A stretch of 64,000 nucleotides of DNA from Auanema rhodensis (taxonomy: Eukaryota > Animalia > Nematoda). The DNA lies in assembly GCA_964057225.1 (NCBI GenBank), contig OZ059900.1, forward strand, positions 4,092,001-4,156,000. The letters run 5' to 3'. This document shows positions 22,821-37,531 of the stretch, in pieces (the stretch's first letter is position 1; each line of letters opens with the position of its first letter). The notes under the pieces were generated by a model. That model saw nothing but the letters and a program-made list of their open reading frames with translations, was not told where the DNA came from and did not search any database. A program made the position numbers and the translations under genes.

Positions 22821-24584
22821 ATACTTTTCCTGCAAAAATACACCTACAAACTACTTTTCCTGCAAAATTACACGAAAAAAAATTTTTCCTGCAAAAATAC
22901 ACAAAGAAAAAGTTTTCATGTATAAATACACGAAAAATAATTTTTCCTGCAAAAATACACAAAGAAAAAGTTTTCATGTATAAATACACAAAGAAAAAGT
23001 TTTCCTGCAAAATTACACGAAAAAAAATTTTTCCTGCAAAAATACACAAAGAAAAAGTTTTCATGTATAAATACACGAAAAATAATTTTTCCTGCAAAAA
23101 TACACAAAGAAAAAGTTTTCATGTATAAATACACAAAGAAAAAGTTTTCATGTATAAATACACGAAGAAACTACTTTTCCTGCAAAAATACACAAAGAAA
23201 AAGTTTTCATGTATAAATACACGAAAAATAATTTTTCCTGCAAAAATACACAAAGAAAAAGTTTTCATGTATAAATACACAAAGAAAAAGTTTTCATGTA
23301 TAAATACACGAAGAAACTACTTTTCCTGCAAAAATACACAAAGAAAAAGTTTTCATGTATAAATACCCGAAAAAAAGTTTTTCCTGCAAAAATACACGAA
23401 GAAACTACTTTTACCGCAAAAATACACGAAGAAACTACTTTTCCTGCAAAAATACACCTACAAATTACATTTCCTGCAAAAATACACGAAAAAAAATTTT
23501 TCCTGCAAAAATACACAAAGAAAAAGTTTTCATGTATAAACACACGAAAAAAAATTTTTCCTGCAAAAATACACGAAGAAACTACTTTTCTTGCAAAAAT
23601 ACACAAAGAAAAAGTTTTCCTGCAAATATACACGAAAAAAAATTTTTCCTGCAAAAATACACGAAAAAAAATTTTTCCTGCAAAAATACACGAAGAAACT
23701 ACTTTTCCTGCAAAAATACATGAAAAAAATTTTTCCTGCAAAAATACACGAAGAAACTACTTTTCCTGCAAAAATACACGAAAAAAATTTTTCCTGCAAA
23801 AATACACGAAGAAACTACTTTTCCTGCAAAAATACACGAAAAAAATTTTTCCTGCAAAAAAACACGAAGAAACTACTTTTCCTGCAAAAATACACTAAGA
23901 AAAAGTTTTCATGTATAAATACACAAAGAAAAAGTTTTCATGTATAAATACACGAAGAAACTACTTTTCCTGCAAAAATACACAAAGAAAAAGTTTTCAT
24001 GTATAAATACACGAAAAAAAATTTTTCCTGCAAAAATACACGAAGAAACTACTTTTACCGCAAAAATACACGAAGAAACTACTTTTCCTGCAAAAATACA
24101 CCTACAAATTACATTTCCTGCAAAAATACACGAAAAAAAATTTTTCCTGCAAAAATACACAAAGAAAAAGTTTTCATGTATAAACACACGAAAAAAAATT
24201 TTTCCTTCAAAAATACACGAAGAAACTACTTTTCTTGCAAAAATACACAAAGAAAAAATTTTCCTGCAAATATACACAAAAAAAAATTTTTCCTGCAAAA
24301 ATACACGAAGAAACTACTTTTCCTGCAAAAATACACTAAGAAAAAGTTTTCATGTATAAATACACGAAAAAAAAATTTTCCTGCAAAAATACACGAAGAA
24401 ACTACTTTTCCCGCAAAAATACACGAAAAAAATTTTTTCCTGCAAAAATACACGAAAAAAAATTTTTCCTACAAAAATACACAAAAAAAAATTTTTCCCT
24501 GCAAAAATTCTAAAAAAAAATTTTTCCCTTGTAAAAATTCACTAAAAAATTTTTCTCCCTGCAAAAATGCGAAAAAAAAAAATT
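22821..24584. repeat. 29/30-bp minisatellite, unit 7
   Basis: Same monomers. Confidence 0.95.
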
Positions 24585-24641
24585 TATTCAGAAATACTTC
24601 CCCGAAGACATATGGTATCAAAATTTCGTTCCTCTCTCATT

Positions 24642-25259
24642 TACTTGATTGATTCTGTCAGCGCTGTATGCTCAAGTAAAAGATTAAGCCATGCATGTAT
24701 AAAGTTCATCATTTTTGAGAAACTGCGATAGGCTCACAGCTCAGAGACCAAAAAAATTTCCAAGTCCAAAAAAAATTTTTTTTTCAACATGTTTTCACGA
24801 TACTCTCAAAACATTTTTTACACATTTTTAAAGAGTTTTAACATTGGAATTGAGAAACAAAATTTTTTTTTTACTTGATTGATTCTGTCAGCGCTGTAGC
24901 TTTCGTCAAGGATTAAGCCATGCCAACCGCTCACCGACCACAAAAAAATTTTTTTCACGTACTTGATTGATTCTGTCAGCGCTGTATGCTCAAGTAAAAG
25001 ATTAAGCCATGCATGTAGAAAGTTGAACTTTTTAAGCCAAACCGCCAACCGACCAAAAATTTTTTCTAGTCAAAAATTATGGAAATTTTTGAAAAAATAT
25101 GCAAATTTTTTTTTTCAAAACTATTTTTCAGAGTAGTCTTATTCTATTTTCTGACTCTTTTTACATATTTTACACTATATATGAAATATGTTTTGGAAAA
25201 TTTCCCGATATGGCTTAATCCTTGAGGAAAGCTACAGCGCTGACAGAATCAATCAAGTA
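24642..25259. repeat. Cluster of four 18S 5'-end copies
   Basis: As 6817-7434. Confidence 0.9.
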
Positions 25260-25509
25260 AAATTTGCCATTTTTATCAAAATTTTTGATTTTTTAAATTA
25301 AAATTCTCGGGTGACCATTTATATGCGCTTTTTTTTGAAAAATGGTTCCAATATTCCAATAAAGTATACTTTTTCTTACAAATAAAGTATACCTTTTCTT
25401 ACAAATAAAGTATACCTTTTTTAAAATAAGGTATCAATATTGCTATCGCTATATACAATCAATAAAACGTTATTTGAAACAAGAATAAGGTATACTTTCA
25501 GGTATAAAA

Positions 25510-25580
25510 CAAAACATCCAATCAAAGGATAGTCTCAACAGATCGCAGTTTATAAAGACTGCTCTACTGGATACAACACC
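25510..25580 (-). rRNA. 28S rRNA: 28S 3' tip, unit 8
   Basis: Same as unit 1. Confidence 0.85.
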
Positions 25581-26424
25581 TACGAATGCCCCCGAATCGT
25601 CCCTATTAATCATTAATTCGACTCTCAAACCAATAAATAGAACCGAAGTCCTCTTTTATTATTCCATGATAGCACATACAAGCAATCGCTTGCTTTGAGC
25701 GCTTTGATTTATTCAAAGTAAACCCGAGCCAGTATACACACCGAAGTACATACACAAAACCGACAAAATAGACACATCTATGATTACCGGCAAGCCGTAT
25801 CACAGAAAATGACTCAGATCCAACTACGAGCTTTTTAACTACAGCAATAACGTTTTACACTAGTGGAGCTGGAATTACCGCGGCTGCTGGCACCAGACTT
25901 GCCCTCCACTGGGTCCTTGTAGAGCTATTTAAGCTCAGCTCAGTGAAATAATCAATCTAAAAAGATTGATCTTTTTATTTTTAGTTACTATCTCACTGAA
26001 GTAGTGGATAAGTTACGCGCCTGCTGCCTTCCTTGGATGTGGTAGCCGTTTCTAAGGCTCCCTCTCCGGAGTCGAACCCTAATTCTCCGTTACCCGTGAT
26101 CACCATGGTAAAACTTTATATTACCATCAGGTTGATAGGGCAAACATTAATCTCGAAAAAAGACAGTAAAACCGTCGATTAACTGGGTTATTCAGAGTCA
26201 ACAAACATTAAATTGGTTTGTACTAATAACTGCGTTGAACTTGGGAAGAAGAACAACTATTAAGCATGTATTAGCTCCAGAATTACCACAGTTATCCATA
26301 GAAATCGAGAAAAATCATATCTGCTCTAATGAGCCGTTCGCAGTTTCTCAAAAATAATGAACTTTATACATGCATGGCTTAATCTTTTACTTGAGCATAC
26401 AGCGCTGACAGAATCAATCAGATT
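25581..26424 (-). rRNA. 18S rRNA: Partial 18S, unit 8
   Basis: Near-identical to unit 1. Confidence 0.95.
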
Positions 26425-26731
26425 CGCAATAGAGAATCCATTATTTCTTACTAAACAATATAAATATCGAGAAGTAGAATAATTTTTTTTTCCCAATTCA
26501 CCAAAAAAATTAAGAAAGTTGAAAAATCACACAGAAACGACACATTATAGAAAATATTCACATTTTTCAATGTGAACAAGTAAAATTGCAGATAACGAAA
26601 ATTATTGTAAAAATTTTCTCCTGCTACCTTACGATTGTGATATCGTTTCGGTGAATAGTGTAACAATCTTCAGATATTATTTCATAATGTTTATATTCCG
26701 ATGAAACATTCCAGTAAAAATTTTATGTAAA

Positions 26732-28462
26732 ATACTTTTCCTGCAAAAATACACCTACAAACTACTTTTCCTGCAAAATTACACGAAAAAAAATTTTTCC
26801 TGCAAAAATACACAAAGAAAAAGTTTTCATGTATAAATACACGAAAAATAATTTTTCCTGCAAAAATACACAAAGAAAAAGTTTTCATGTATAAATACAC
26901 AAAGAAAAAGTTTTCATGTATAAATACACGAAGAAACTACTTTTCCTGCAAAAATACACAAAGAAAAAGTTTTCATGTATAAATACACGAAAAATAATTT
27001 TTCCTGCAAAAATACACAAAGAAAAAGTTTTCATGTATAAATACACAAAGAAAAAGTTTTCATGTATAAATACACGAAGAAACTACTTTTCCTGCAAAAA
27101 TACACAAAGAAAAAGTTTTCATGTATAAATACACGAAAAAAAGTTTTTCCTGCAAAAATACACGAAGAAACTACTTTTACCGCAAAAATACACGAAGAAA
27201 CTACTTTTCCTGCAAAAATACACCTACAAATTACATTTCCTGCAAAAATACACGAAAAAAAATTTTTCCTGCAAAAATACACAAAGAAAAAGTTTTCATG
27301 TATAAACACACGAAAAAAAATTTTTCCTGCAAAAATACACGAAGAAACTACTTTTCTTGCAAAAATACACAAAGAAAAAGTTTTCCTGCAAATATACACG
27401 AAAAAAAATTTTTCCTGCAAAAATACACGAAAAAAAATTTTTCCTGCAAAAATACACGAAGAAACTACTTTTCCTGCAAAAATACATGAAAAAAATTTTT
27501 CCTGCAAAAATACACGAAGAAACTACTTTTCCTGCAAAAATACACGAAAAAAATTTTTCCTGCAAAAATACACGAAGAAACTACTTTTCCTGCAAAAATA
27601 CACGAAAAAAATTTTTCCTGCAAAAATACACGAAAAAAATTTTTCCTGCAAAAATACACGAAGAAACTACTTTTCCTGCAAAAATACACAAAGAAAAAGT
27701 TTTCATGTATAAATACACGAAAAATAATTTTTCCTGCAAAAATACACAAAGAAAAAGTTTTCATGTATAAATACACAAAGAAAAAGTTTTCATGTATAAA
27801 TACACAAAGAAACTACTTTTCCTGCAAAAATACACAAAGAAAAAGTTTTCATGTATAAATACACGAAAAAAAGTTTTTCCTGCAAAAATACACGAAGAAA
27901 CTACTTTTACCGCAAAAATACACGAAGAAACTACTTTTCCTGCAAAAATACACCTACAAATTACATTTCCTGCAAAAATACACGAAAAAAAATTTTTCCT
28001 GCAAAAATACACAAAGAAAAAGTTTTCATGTATAAACACACGAAAAAAAATTTTTCCTGCAAAAATACACGAAGAAACTACTTTTCTTGCAAAAATACAC
28101 AAAGAAAAAATTTTCCTGCAAATATACACGAAAAAAAATTTTTCCTGCAAAAATACACGAAAAAAAATTTTTCCTGCAAAAATACACGAAAAAAAATTTT
28201 TCCTGCAAAAATACACGAAAAAAAATTTTTCCTACAAAAATACACAAAAAAAAAGTTTTCCTGCAAATATACACGAAAAAAAATTTTTCCTGCAAAAATA
28301 CACGAAAAAAATTTTTTCCTGCAAAAATACACGAAAAAAATTTTTCCTACAAAAATACACAAAAAAAAATTTTTCCCTGCAAAAATTCTAAAAAAAAATT
28401 TTTCCCTTGTAAAAATTCACTAAAAAATTTTTCTCCCTGCAAAAATGCGAAAATAAAAAATT
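26732..28462. repeat. 29/30-bp minisatellite, unit 8
   Basis: Same monomers. Confidence 0.95.
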
Positions 28463-28519
28463 TATTCAGAAATACTTCCCCGAAGACATATGGTATCAAA
28501 ATTTCGTTCCTCTCTCATT

Positions 28520-29136
28520 TACTTGATTGATTCTGTCAGCGCTGTATGCTCAAGTAAAAGATTAAGCCATGCATGTATAAAGTTCATCATTTTTGAGAAA
28601 CTGCGATAGGCTCACAGCTCAGAGACCAAAAAAATTTCCAAGTCCAAAAAAAATTTTTTTTTCAACATGTTTTCACGATACTCTCAAAACATTTTTTACA
28701 CATTTTTAAAGAGTTTTAACATTGGAATTGAGAAACAAAATTTTTTTTTTACTTGATTGATTCTGTCAGCGCTGTAGCTTTCGTCAAGGATTAAGCCATG
28801 CCAACCGCTCACCGACCACAAAAAAATTTTTTTCACGTACTTGATTGATTCTGTCAGCGCTGTATGCTCAAGTAAAAGATTAAGCCATGCATGTAGAAAG
28901 TTGAACTTTTTAAGCCAAACCGCCAACCGACCAAAAATTTTTTCTAGTCAAAAATTATGGAAATTTTTGAAAAAATATGCAATTTTTTTTTTCAAAACTA
29001 TTTTTCAGAGTAGTCTTATTCTATTTTCTGACTCTTTTTACATATTTTACACTATATATGAAATATGTTTTGGAAAATTTCCCGATATGGCTTAATCCTT
29101 GAGGAAAGCTACAGCGCTGACAGAATCAATCAAGTA
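28520..29136. repeat. Cluster of four 18S 5'-end copies
   Basis: As 6817-7434. Confidence 0.9.
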
Positions 29137-29386
29137 AAATTTGCCATTTTTATCAAAATTTTTGATTTTTTAAATTAAAATTCTCGGGTGACCATTTATA
29201 TGCGCTTTTTTTTGAAAAATGGTTCCAATATTCCAATAAAGTATACTTTTTCTTACAAATAAAGTATACCTTTTCCTACAAATAAAGTATACCTTTTTTA
29301 AAATAAGGTATCAATATTGCTATCGCTATATACAATCAATAAAACGTTATTTGAAACAAGAATAAGGTATACTTTCAGGTATAAAA

Positions 29387-29457
29387 CAAAACATCCAATC
29401 AAAGGATAGTCTCAACAGATCGCAGTTTATAAAGACTGCTCTACTGGATACAACACC
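29387..29457 (-). rRNA. 28S rRNA: 28S 3' tip, unit 9
   Basis: Same as unit 1. Confidence 0.85.
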
Positions 29458-30301
29458 TACGAATGCCCCCGAATCGTCCCTATTAATCATTAATTCGACT
29501 CTCAAACCAATAAATAGAACCGAAGTCCTCTTTTATTATTCCATGATAGCACATACAAGCAATCGCTTGCTTTGAGCGCTTTGATTTATTCAAAGTAAAC
29601 CCGAGCCAGTATACACACCGAAGTACATACACAAAACCGACAAAATAGACACATCTATGATTACCGGCAAGCCGTATCACAGAAAATGCCTCAGATCCAA
29701 CTACGAGCTTTTTAAGTACAGCAATAACGTTTTACACTAGTGGAGCTGGAATTACCGCGGCTGCTGGCACCAGACTTGCCCTCCACTGGGTCCTTGTAGA
29801 GCTATTTAAGCTCAGCTCAGTGAAATAATCAATCTAAAAAGATTGATCTTTTTATTTTTAGTTACTATCTCACTGAAGTAGTGGATAAGTTACGCGCCTG
29901 CTGCCTTCCTTGGATGTGGTAGCCGTTTCTAAGGCTCCCTCTCCGGAGTCGAACCCTAATTCTCCGTTACCCGTGATCACCATGGTAAAACTCTATATTA
30001 CCATCAGGTTGATAGGGCAAACATTAATCTCGAAAAAAGACAGTAAAACCGTCGATTAACTGGGTTATTCAGAGTCAACAAACATTAAATTGGTTTGTAC
30101 TAATAACTGCGTTGAACTTGGGAAGAAGAACAACTATTAAGCATGTATTAGCTCCAGAATTACCACAGTTATCCATAGAAATCGAGAAAAATCATATCTG
30201 CTCTAATGAGCCGTTCGCAGTTTCTCAAAAATAATGAACTTTATACATGCATGGCTTAATCTTTTACTTGAGCATACAGCGCTGACAGAATCAATCAGAT
30301 T
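29458..30301 (-). rRNA. 18S rRNA: Partial 18S, unit 9
   Basis: Near-identical to unit 1. Confidence 0.95.
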
Positions 30302-30608
30302 CGCAATAGAGAATCCATTATTTCTTACTAAACAATATAAATATCGAGAAGTAGAATAATTTTTTTTTCCCAATTCACCAAAAAAATTAAGAAAGTTGAA
30401 AAATCACACAGAAACGACACATTATAGAAAATATTCACATTTTTCAATGTGAACAAGTAAAATTGCAGATAACGAAAATTATTGTAAAAATTTTCTCCTG
30501 CTACCTTACGATTGTGATATCGTTTCGGTGAATAGTGTAACAATCTTCAGATATTATTTCATAATGTTTATATTCCGATGAAACATTCCAGTAAAAATTT
30601 TATGTAAA

Positions 30609-31465
30609 ATACTTTTCCTGCAAAAATACACCTACAAACTACTTTTCCTGCAAAATTACACGAAAAAAAATTTTTCCTGCAAAAATACACAAAGAAAAAG
30701 TTTTCATGTATAAATACACGAAAAATAATTTTTCCTGCAAAAATACACAAAGAAAAAGTTTTCATGTATAAATACACAAAGAAAAAGTTTTCATGTATAA
30801 ATACACGAAGAAACTACTTTTCCTGCAAAAATACACAAAGAAAAAGTTTTCATGTATAAATACACGAAAAATAATTTTTCCTGCAAAAATACACAAAGAA
30901 AAAGTTTTCATGTATAAATACACAAAGAAAAAGTTTTCATGTATAAATACACGAAGAAACTACTTTTCCTGCAAAAATACACAAAGAAAAAGTTTTCATG
31001 TATAAATACACGAAAAAAAGTTTTTCCTGCAAAAATACACGAAGAAACTACTTTTACCGCAAAAATACACGAAGAAACTACTTTTCCTGCAAAAATACAC
31101 CTACAAATTACATTTCCTGCAAAAATACACGAAAAAAAATTTTTCCTGCAAAAATACACAAAGAAAAAGTTTTCATGTATAAACACACGAAAAAAAATTT
31201 TTCCTGCAAAAATACACGAAGAAACTACTTTTCTTGCAAAAATACACAAAGAAAAAGTTTTCCTGCAAATATACACGAAAAAAAATTTTTCCTGCAAAAA
31301 TACACGAAAAAAAATTTTTCCTGCAAAAATACACGAAAAAAAATTTTTCCTACAAAAATACACAAAAAAAAATTTTTCCCTGCAAAAATTCTAAAAAAAA
31401 ATTTTTCCCTTGTAAAAATTCACTAAAAAATTTTTCTCCCTGCAAAAATGCGAAAAAAAAAAATT
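30609..31465. repeat. 29/30-bp minisatellite, unit 9
   Basis: Same monomers. Confidence 0.95.
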
Positions 31466-31522
31466 TATTCAGAAATACTTCCCCGAAGACATATGGTATC
31501 AAAATTTCGTTCCTCTCTCATT

Positions 31523-32139
31523 TACTTGATTGATTCTGTCAGCGCTGTATGCTCAAGTAAAAGATTAAGCCATGCATGTATAAAGTTCATCATTTTTGAG
31601 AAACTGCAATAGGCTCACAGCTCAGAGACCAAAAAAATTTCCAAGTCCAAAAAAAATTTTTTTTTCAACATGTTTTCACGATACTCTCAAAACATTTTTT
31701 ACACATTTTTAAAGAGTTTTAACATTGGAATTGAGAAACAAAATTTTTTTTTTACTTGATTGATTCTGTCAGCGCTGTAGCTTTCGTCAAGGATTAAGCC
31801 ATGCCAACCGCTCACCGACCACAAAAAAATTTTTTTCACGTACTTGATTGATTCTGTCAGCGCTGTATGCTCAAGTAAAAGATTAAGCCATGCATGTAGA
31901 AAGTTGAACTTTTTAAGCCAAACCGCCAACCGACCAAAAATTTTTTCTAGTCAAAAATTATGGAAATTTTTGAAAAAATATGCAATTTTTTTTTTCAAAA
32001 CTATTTTTCAGAGTAGTCTTATTCTATTTTCTGACTCTTTTTACATATTTTACACTATATATGAAATATGTTTTGGAAAATTTCCCGATATGGCTTAATC
32101 CTTGAGGAAAGCTACAGCGCTGACAGAATCAATCAAGTA
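31523..32139. repeat. Cluster of four 18S 5'-end copies
   Basis: As 6817-7434. Confidence 0.9.
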
Positions 32140-32389
32140 AAATTTGCCATTTTTATCAAAATTTTTGATTTTTTAAATTAAAATTCTCGGGTGACCATTT
32201 ATATGCGCTTTTTTTTGAAAAATGGTTCCAATATTCCAATAAAGTATACTTTTTCTTACAAATAAAGTATACCTTTTCCTACAAATAAAGTATACCTTTT
32301 TTAAAATAAGGTATCAATATTGCTATCGCTATATACAATCAATAAAACGTTATTTGAAACAAGAATAAGGTATACTTTCAGGTATAAAA

Positions 32390-32460
32390 CAAAACATCCA
32401 ATCAAAGGATAGTCTCAACAGATCGCAGTTTATAAAGACTGCTCTACTGGATACAACACC
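32390..32460 (-). rRNA. 28S rRNA: 28S 3' tip, unit 10
   Basis: Same as unit 1. Confidence 0.85.
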
Positions 32461-33304
32461 TACGAATGCCCCCGAATCGTCCCTATTAATCATTAATTCG
32501 ACTCTCAAACCAATAAATAGAACCGAAGTCCTCTTTTATTATTCCATGATAGCACATACAAGCAATCGCTTGCTTTGAGCGCTTTGATTTATTCAAAGTA
32601 AACCCGAGCCAGTATACACACCGAAGTACATACACAAAACCGACAAAATAGACACATCTATGATTACCGGCAAGCCGTATCACAGAAAATGCCTCAGATC
32701 CAACTACGAGCTTTTTAACTACAGCAATAACGTTTTACACTAGTGGAGCTGGAATTACCGCGGCTGCTGGCACCAGACTTGCCCTCCACTGGGTCCTTGT
32801 AGAGCTATTTAAGCTCAGCTCAGTGAAATAATCAATCTAAAAAGATTGATCTTTTTATTTTTAGTTACTATCTCACTGAAGTAGTGGATAAGTTACGCGC
32901 CTGCTGCCTTCCTTGGATGTGGTAGCCGTTTCTAAGGCTCCCTCTCCGGAGTCGAACCCTAATTCTCCGTTACCCGTGATCACCATGGTAAAACTCTATA
33001 TTACCATCAGGTTGATAGGGCAAACATTAATCTCGAAAAAAGACAGTAAAACCGTCGATTAACTGGGTTATTCAGAGTCAACAAACATTAAATTGGTTTG
33101 TACTAATAACTGCGTTGAACTTGGGAAGAAGAACAACTATTAAGCATGTATTAGCTCCAGAATTACCACAGTTATCCATAGAAATCGAGAAAAATCATAT
33201 CTGCTCTAATGAGCCGTTCGCAGTTTCTCAAAAATAATGAACTTTATACATGCATGGCTTAATCTTTTACTTGAGCATACAGCGCTGACAGAATCAATCA
33301 GATT
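32461..33304 (-). rRNA. 18S rRNA: Partial 18S, unit 10
   Basis: Near-identical to unit 1. Confidence 0.95.
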
Positions 33305-33611
33305 CGCAATAGAGAATCCATTATTTCTTACTAAACAATATAAATATCGAGAAGTAGAATAATTTTTTTTTCCCAATTCACCAAAAAAATTAAGAAAGTT
33401 GAAAAATCACACAGAAACGACACATTATAGAAAATATTCACATTTTTCAATGTGAACAAGTAAAATTGCAGATAACGAAAATTATTGTAAAAATTTTCTC
33501 CTGCTACCTTACGATTGTGATATCGTTTCGGTGAATAGTGTAACAATCTTCAGATATTATTTCATAATGTTTATATTCCGATGAAACATTCCAGTAAAAA
33601 TTTTATGTAAA

Positions 33612-34468
33612 ATACTTTTCCTGCAAAAATACACCTACAAACTACTTTTCCTGCAAAATTACACGAAAAAAAATTTTTCCTGCAAAAATACACAAAGAAA
33701 AAGTTTTCATGTATAAATACACGAAAAATAATTTTTCCTGCAAAAATACACAAAGAAAAAGTTTTCATGTATAAATACACAAAGAAAAAGTTTTCATGTA
33801 TAAATACACGAAGAAACTACTTTTCCTGCAAAAATACACAAAGAAAAAGTTTTCATGTATAAATACACGAAAAATAATTTTTCCTGCAAAAATACACAAA
33901 GAAAAAGTTTTCATGTATAAATACACAAAGAAAAAGTTTTCATGTATAAATACACGAAGAAACTACTTTTCCTGCAAAAATACACAAAGAAAAAGTTTTC
34001 ATGTATAAATACACGAAAAAAAGTTTTTCCTGCAAAAATACACGAAGAAACTACTTTTACCGCAAAAATACACGAAGAAACTACTTTTCCTGCAAAAATA
34101 CACCTACAAATTACATTTCCTGCAAAAATACACGAAAAAAAATTTTTCCTGCAAAAATACACAAAGAAAAAGTTTTCATGTATAAACACACGAAAAAAAA
34201 TTTTTCCTGCAAAAATACACGAAGAAACTACTTTTCTTGCAAAAATACACAAAGAAAAAGTTTTCCTGCAAATATACACGAAAAAAAATTTTTCCTGCAA
34301 AAATACACGAAAAAAAATTTTTCCTGCAAAAATACACGAAAAAAAATTTTTCCTACAAAAATACACAAAAAAAAATTTTTCCCTGCAAAAATTCTAAAAA
34401 AAAATTTTTCCCTTGTAAAAATTCACTAAAAAATTTTTCTCCCTGCAAAAATGCGAAAAAAAAAAATT
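33612..34468. repeat. 29/30-bp minisatellite, unit 10
   Basis: Same monomers. Confidence 0.95.
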
Positions 34469-34525
34469 TATTCAGAAATACTTCCCCGAAGACATATGGT
34501 ATCAAAATTTCGTTCCTCTCTCATT

Positions 34526-35143
34526 TACTTGATTGATTCTGTCAGCGCTGTATGCTCAAGTAAAAGATTAAGCCATGCATGTATAAAGTTCATCATTTTT
34601 GAGAAACTGCAATAGGCTCACAGCTCAGAGACCAAAAAAATTTCCAAGTCCAAAAAAAATTTTTTTTTCAACATGTTTTCACGATACTCTCAAAACATTT
34701 TTTACACATTTTTAAAGAGTTTTAACATTGGAATTGAGAAACAAAATTTTTTTTTTACTTGATTGATTCTGTCAGCGCTGTAGCTTTCGTCAAGGATTAA
34801 GCCATGCCAACCGCTCACCGACCACAAAAAAATTTTTTTCACGTACTTGATTGATTCTGTCAGCGCTGTATGCTCAAGTAAAAGATTAAGCCATGCATGT
34901 AGAAAGTTGAACTTTTTAAGCCAAACCGCCAACCGACCAAAAATTTTTTCTAGTCAAAAATTATGGAAATTTTTGAAAAAATATGCAAATTTTTTTTTTC
35001 AAAACTATTTTTCAGAGTAGTCTTATTCTATTTTCTGACTCTTTTTACATATTTTACACTATATATGAAATATGTTTTGGAAAATTTCCCGATATGGCTT
35101 AATCCTTGAGGAAAGCTACAGCGCTGACAGAATCAATCAAGTA
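34526..35143. repeat. Cluster of four 18S 5'-end copies
   Basis: As 6817-7434. Confidence 0.9.
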
Positions 35144-35393
35144 AAATTTGCCATTTTTATCAAAATTTTTGATTTTTTAAATTAAAATTCTCGGGTGACC
35201 ATTTATATGCGCTTTTTTTTGAAAAATGGTTCCAATATTCCAATAAAGTATACTTTTTCTTACAAATAAAGTATACCTTTTCTTACAAATAAAGTATACC
35301 TTTTTTAAAATAAGGTATCAATATTGCTATCGCTATATACAATCAATAAAACGTTATTTGAAACAAGAATAAGGTATACTTTCAGGTATAAAA

Positions 35394-35464
35394 CAAAACA
35401 TCCAATCAAAGGATAGTCTCAACAGATCGCAGTTTATAAAGACTGCTCTACTGGATACAACACC
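35394..35464 (-). rRNA. 28S rRNA: 28S 3' tip, unit 11
   Basis: Same as unit 1. Confidence 0.85.
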
Positions 35465-36310
35465 TACGAATGCCCCCGAATCGTCCCTATTAATCATTAA
35501 TTCGACTCTCAAACCAATAAATAGAACCGAAGTCCTCTTTTATTATTCCATGATAGCACATACAAGCAATCGCTTGCTTTGAGCGCTTTGATTTATTCAA
35601 AGTAAACTCGCCAGCCAGTATACACACCGAAGTACATACACAAAACCGACAAAATAGACACATCTATGATTACCGGCAAGCCGTATCACAGAAAATGCCT
35701 CAGATCCAACTACGAGCTTTTTAAGTACAGCAATAACGTTTTACACTAGTGGAGCTGGAATTACCGCGGCTGCTGGCACCAGACTTGCCCTCCACTGGGT
35801 CCTTGTAGAGCTATTTAAGCTCAGCTCAGTGAAATAATCAATCTAAAAAGATTGATCTTTTTATTTTTAGTTACTATCTCACTGAAGTAGTGGATAAGTT
35901 ACGCGCCTGCTGCCTTCCTTGGATGTGGTAGCCGTTTCTAAGGCTCCCTCTCCGGAGTCGAACCCTAATTCTCCGTTACCCGTGATCACCATGGTAAAAC
36001 TCTATATTACCATCAGGTTGATAGGGCAAACATTAATCTCGAAAAAAGACAGTAAAACCGTCGATTAACTGGGTTATTCAGAGTCAACAAACATTAAATT
36101 GGTTTGTACTAATAACTGCGTTGAACTTGGGAAGAAGAACAACTATTAAGCATGTATTAGCTCCAGAATTACCACAGTTATCCATAGAAATCGAGAAAAA
36201 TCATATCTGCTCTAATGAGCCGTTCGCAGTTTCTCAAAAATAATGAACTTTATACATGCATGGCTTAATCTTTTACTTGAGCATACAGCGCTGACAGAAT
36301 CAATCAGATT
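35465..36310 (-). rRNA. 18S rRNA: Partial 18S, unit 11 (+2-bp V4 variant)
   Basis: Reads AAACTCGCCAGCCAG instead of AAACCCGAGCCAG near 35608. Confidence 0.95.
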
Positions 36311-36617
36311 CGCAATAGAGAATCCATTATTTCTTACTAAACAATATAAATATCGAGAAGTAGAATAATTTTTTTTTCCCAATTCACCAAAAAAATTAAG
36401 AAAGTTGAAAAATCACACAGAAACGACACATTATAGAAAATATTCACATTTTTCAATGTGAACAAGTAAAATTGCAGATAACGAAAATTATTGTAAAAAT
36501 TTTCTCCTGCTACCTTACGATTGTGATATCGTTTCGGTGAATAGTGTAACAATCTTCAGATATTATTTCATAATGTTTATATTCCGATGAAACATTCCAG
36601 TAAAAATTTTATGTAAA

Positions 36618-37474
36618 ATACTTTTCCTGCAAAAATACACCTACAAACTACTTTTCCTGCAAAATTACACGAAAAAAAATTTTTCCTGCAAAAATACACA
36701 AAGAAAAAGTTTTCATGTATAAATACACGAAAAATAATTTTTCCTGCAAAAATACACAAAGAAAAAGTTTTCATGTATAAATACACAAAGAAAAAGTTTT
36801 CATGTATAAATACACGAAGAAACTACTTTTCCTGCAAAAATACACAAAGAAAAAGTTTTCATGTATAAATACACGAAAAATAATTTTTCCTGCAAAAATA
36901 CACAAAGAAAAAGTTTTCATGTATAAATACACAAAGAAAAAGTTTTCATGTATAAATACACGAAGAAACTACTTTTCCTGCAAAAATACACAAAGAAAAA
37001 GTTTTCATGTATAAATACACGAAAAAAAGTTTTTCCTGCAAAAATACACGAAGAAACTACTTTTACCGCAAAAATACACGAAGAAACTACTTTTCCTGCA
37101 AAAATACACCTACAAATTACATTTCCTGCAAAAATACACGAAAAAAAATTTTTCCTGCAAAAATACACAAAGAAAAAGTTTTCATGTATAAACACACGAA
37201 AAAAAATTTTTCCTGCAAAAATACACGAAGAAACTACTTTTCTTGCAAAAATACACAAAGAAAAAGTTTTCCTGCAAATATACACGAAAAAAAATTTTTC
37301 CTGCAAAAATACACGAAAAAAAATTTTTCCTGCAAAAATACACGAAAAAAAATTTTTCCTACAAAAATACACAAAAAAAAATTTTTCCCTGCAAAAATTC
37401 TAAAAAAAAATTTTTCCCTTGTAAAAATTCACTAAAAAATTTTTCTCCCTGCAAAAATGCGAAAAAAAAAAATT
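36618..37474. repeat. 29/30-bp minisatellite, unit 11
   Basis: Same monomers. Confidence 0.95.
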
Positions 37475-37531
37475 TATTCAGAAATACTTCCCCGAAGACA
37501 TATGGTATCAAAATTTCGTTCCTCTCTCATT

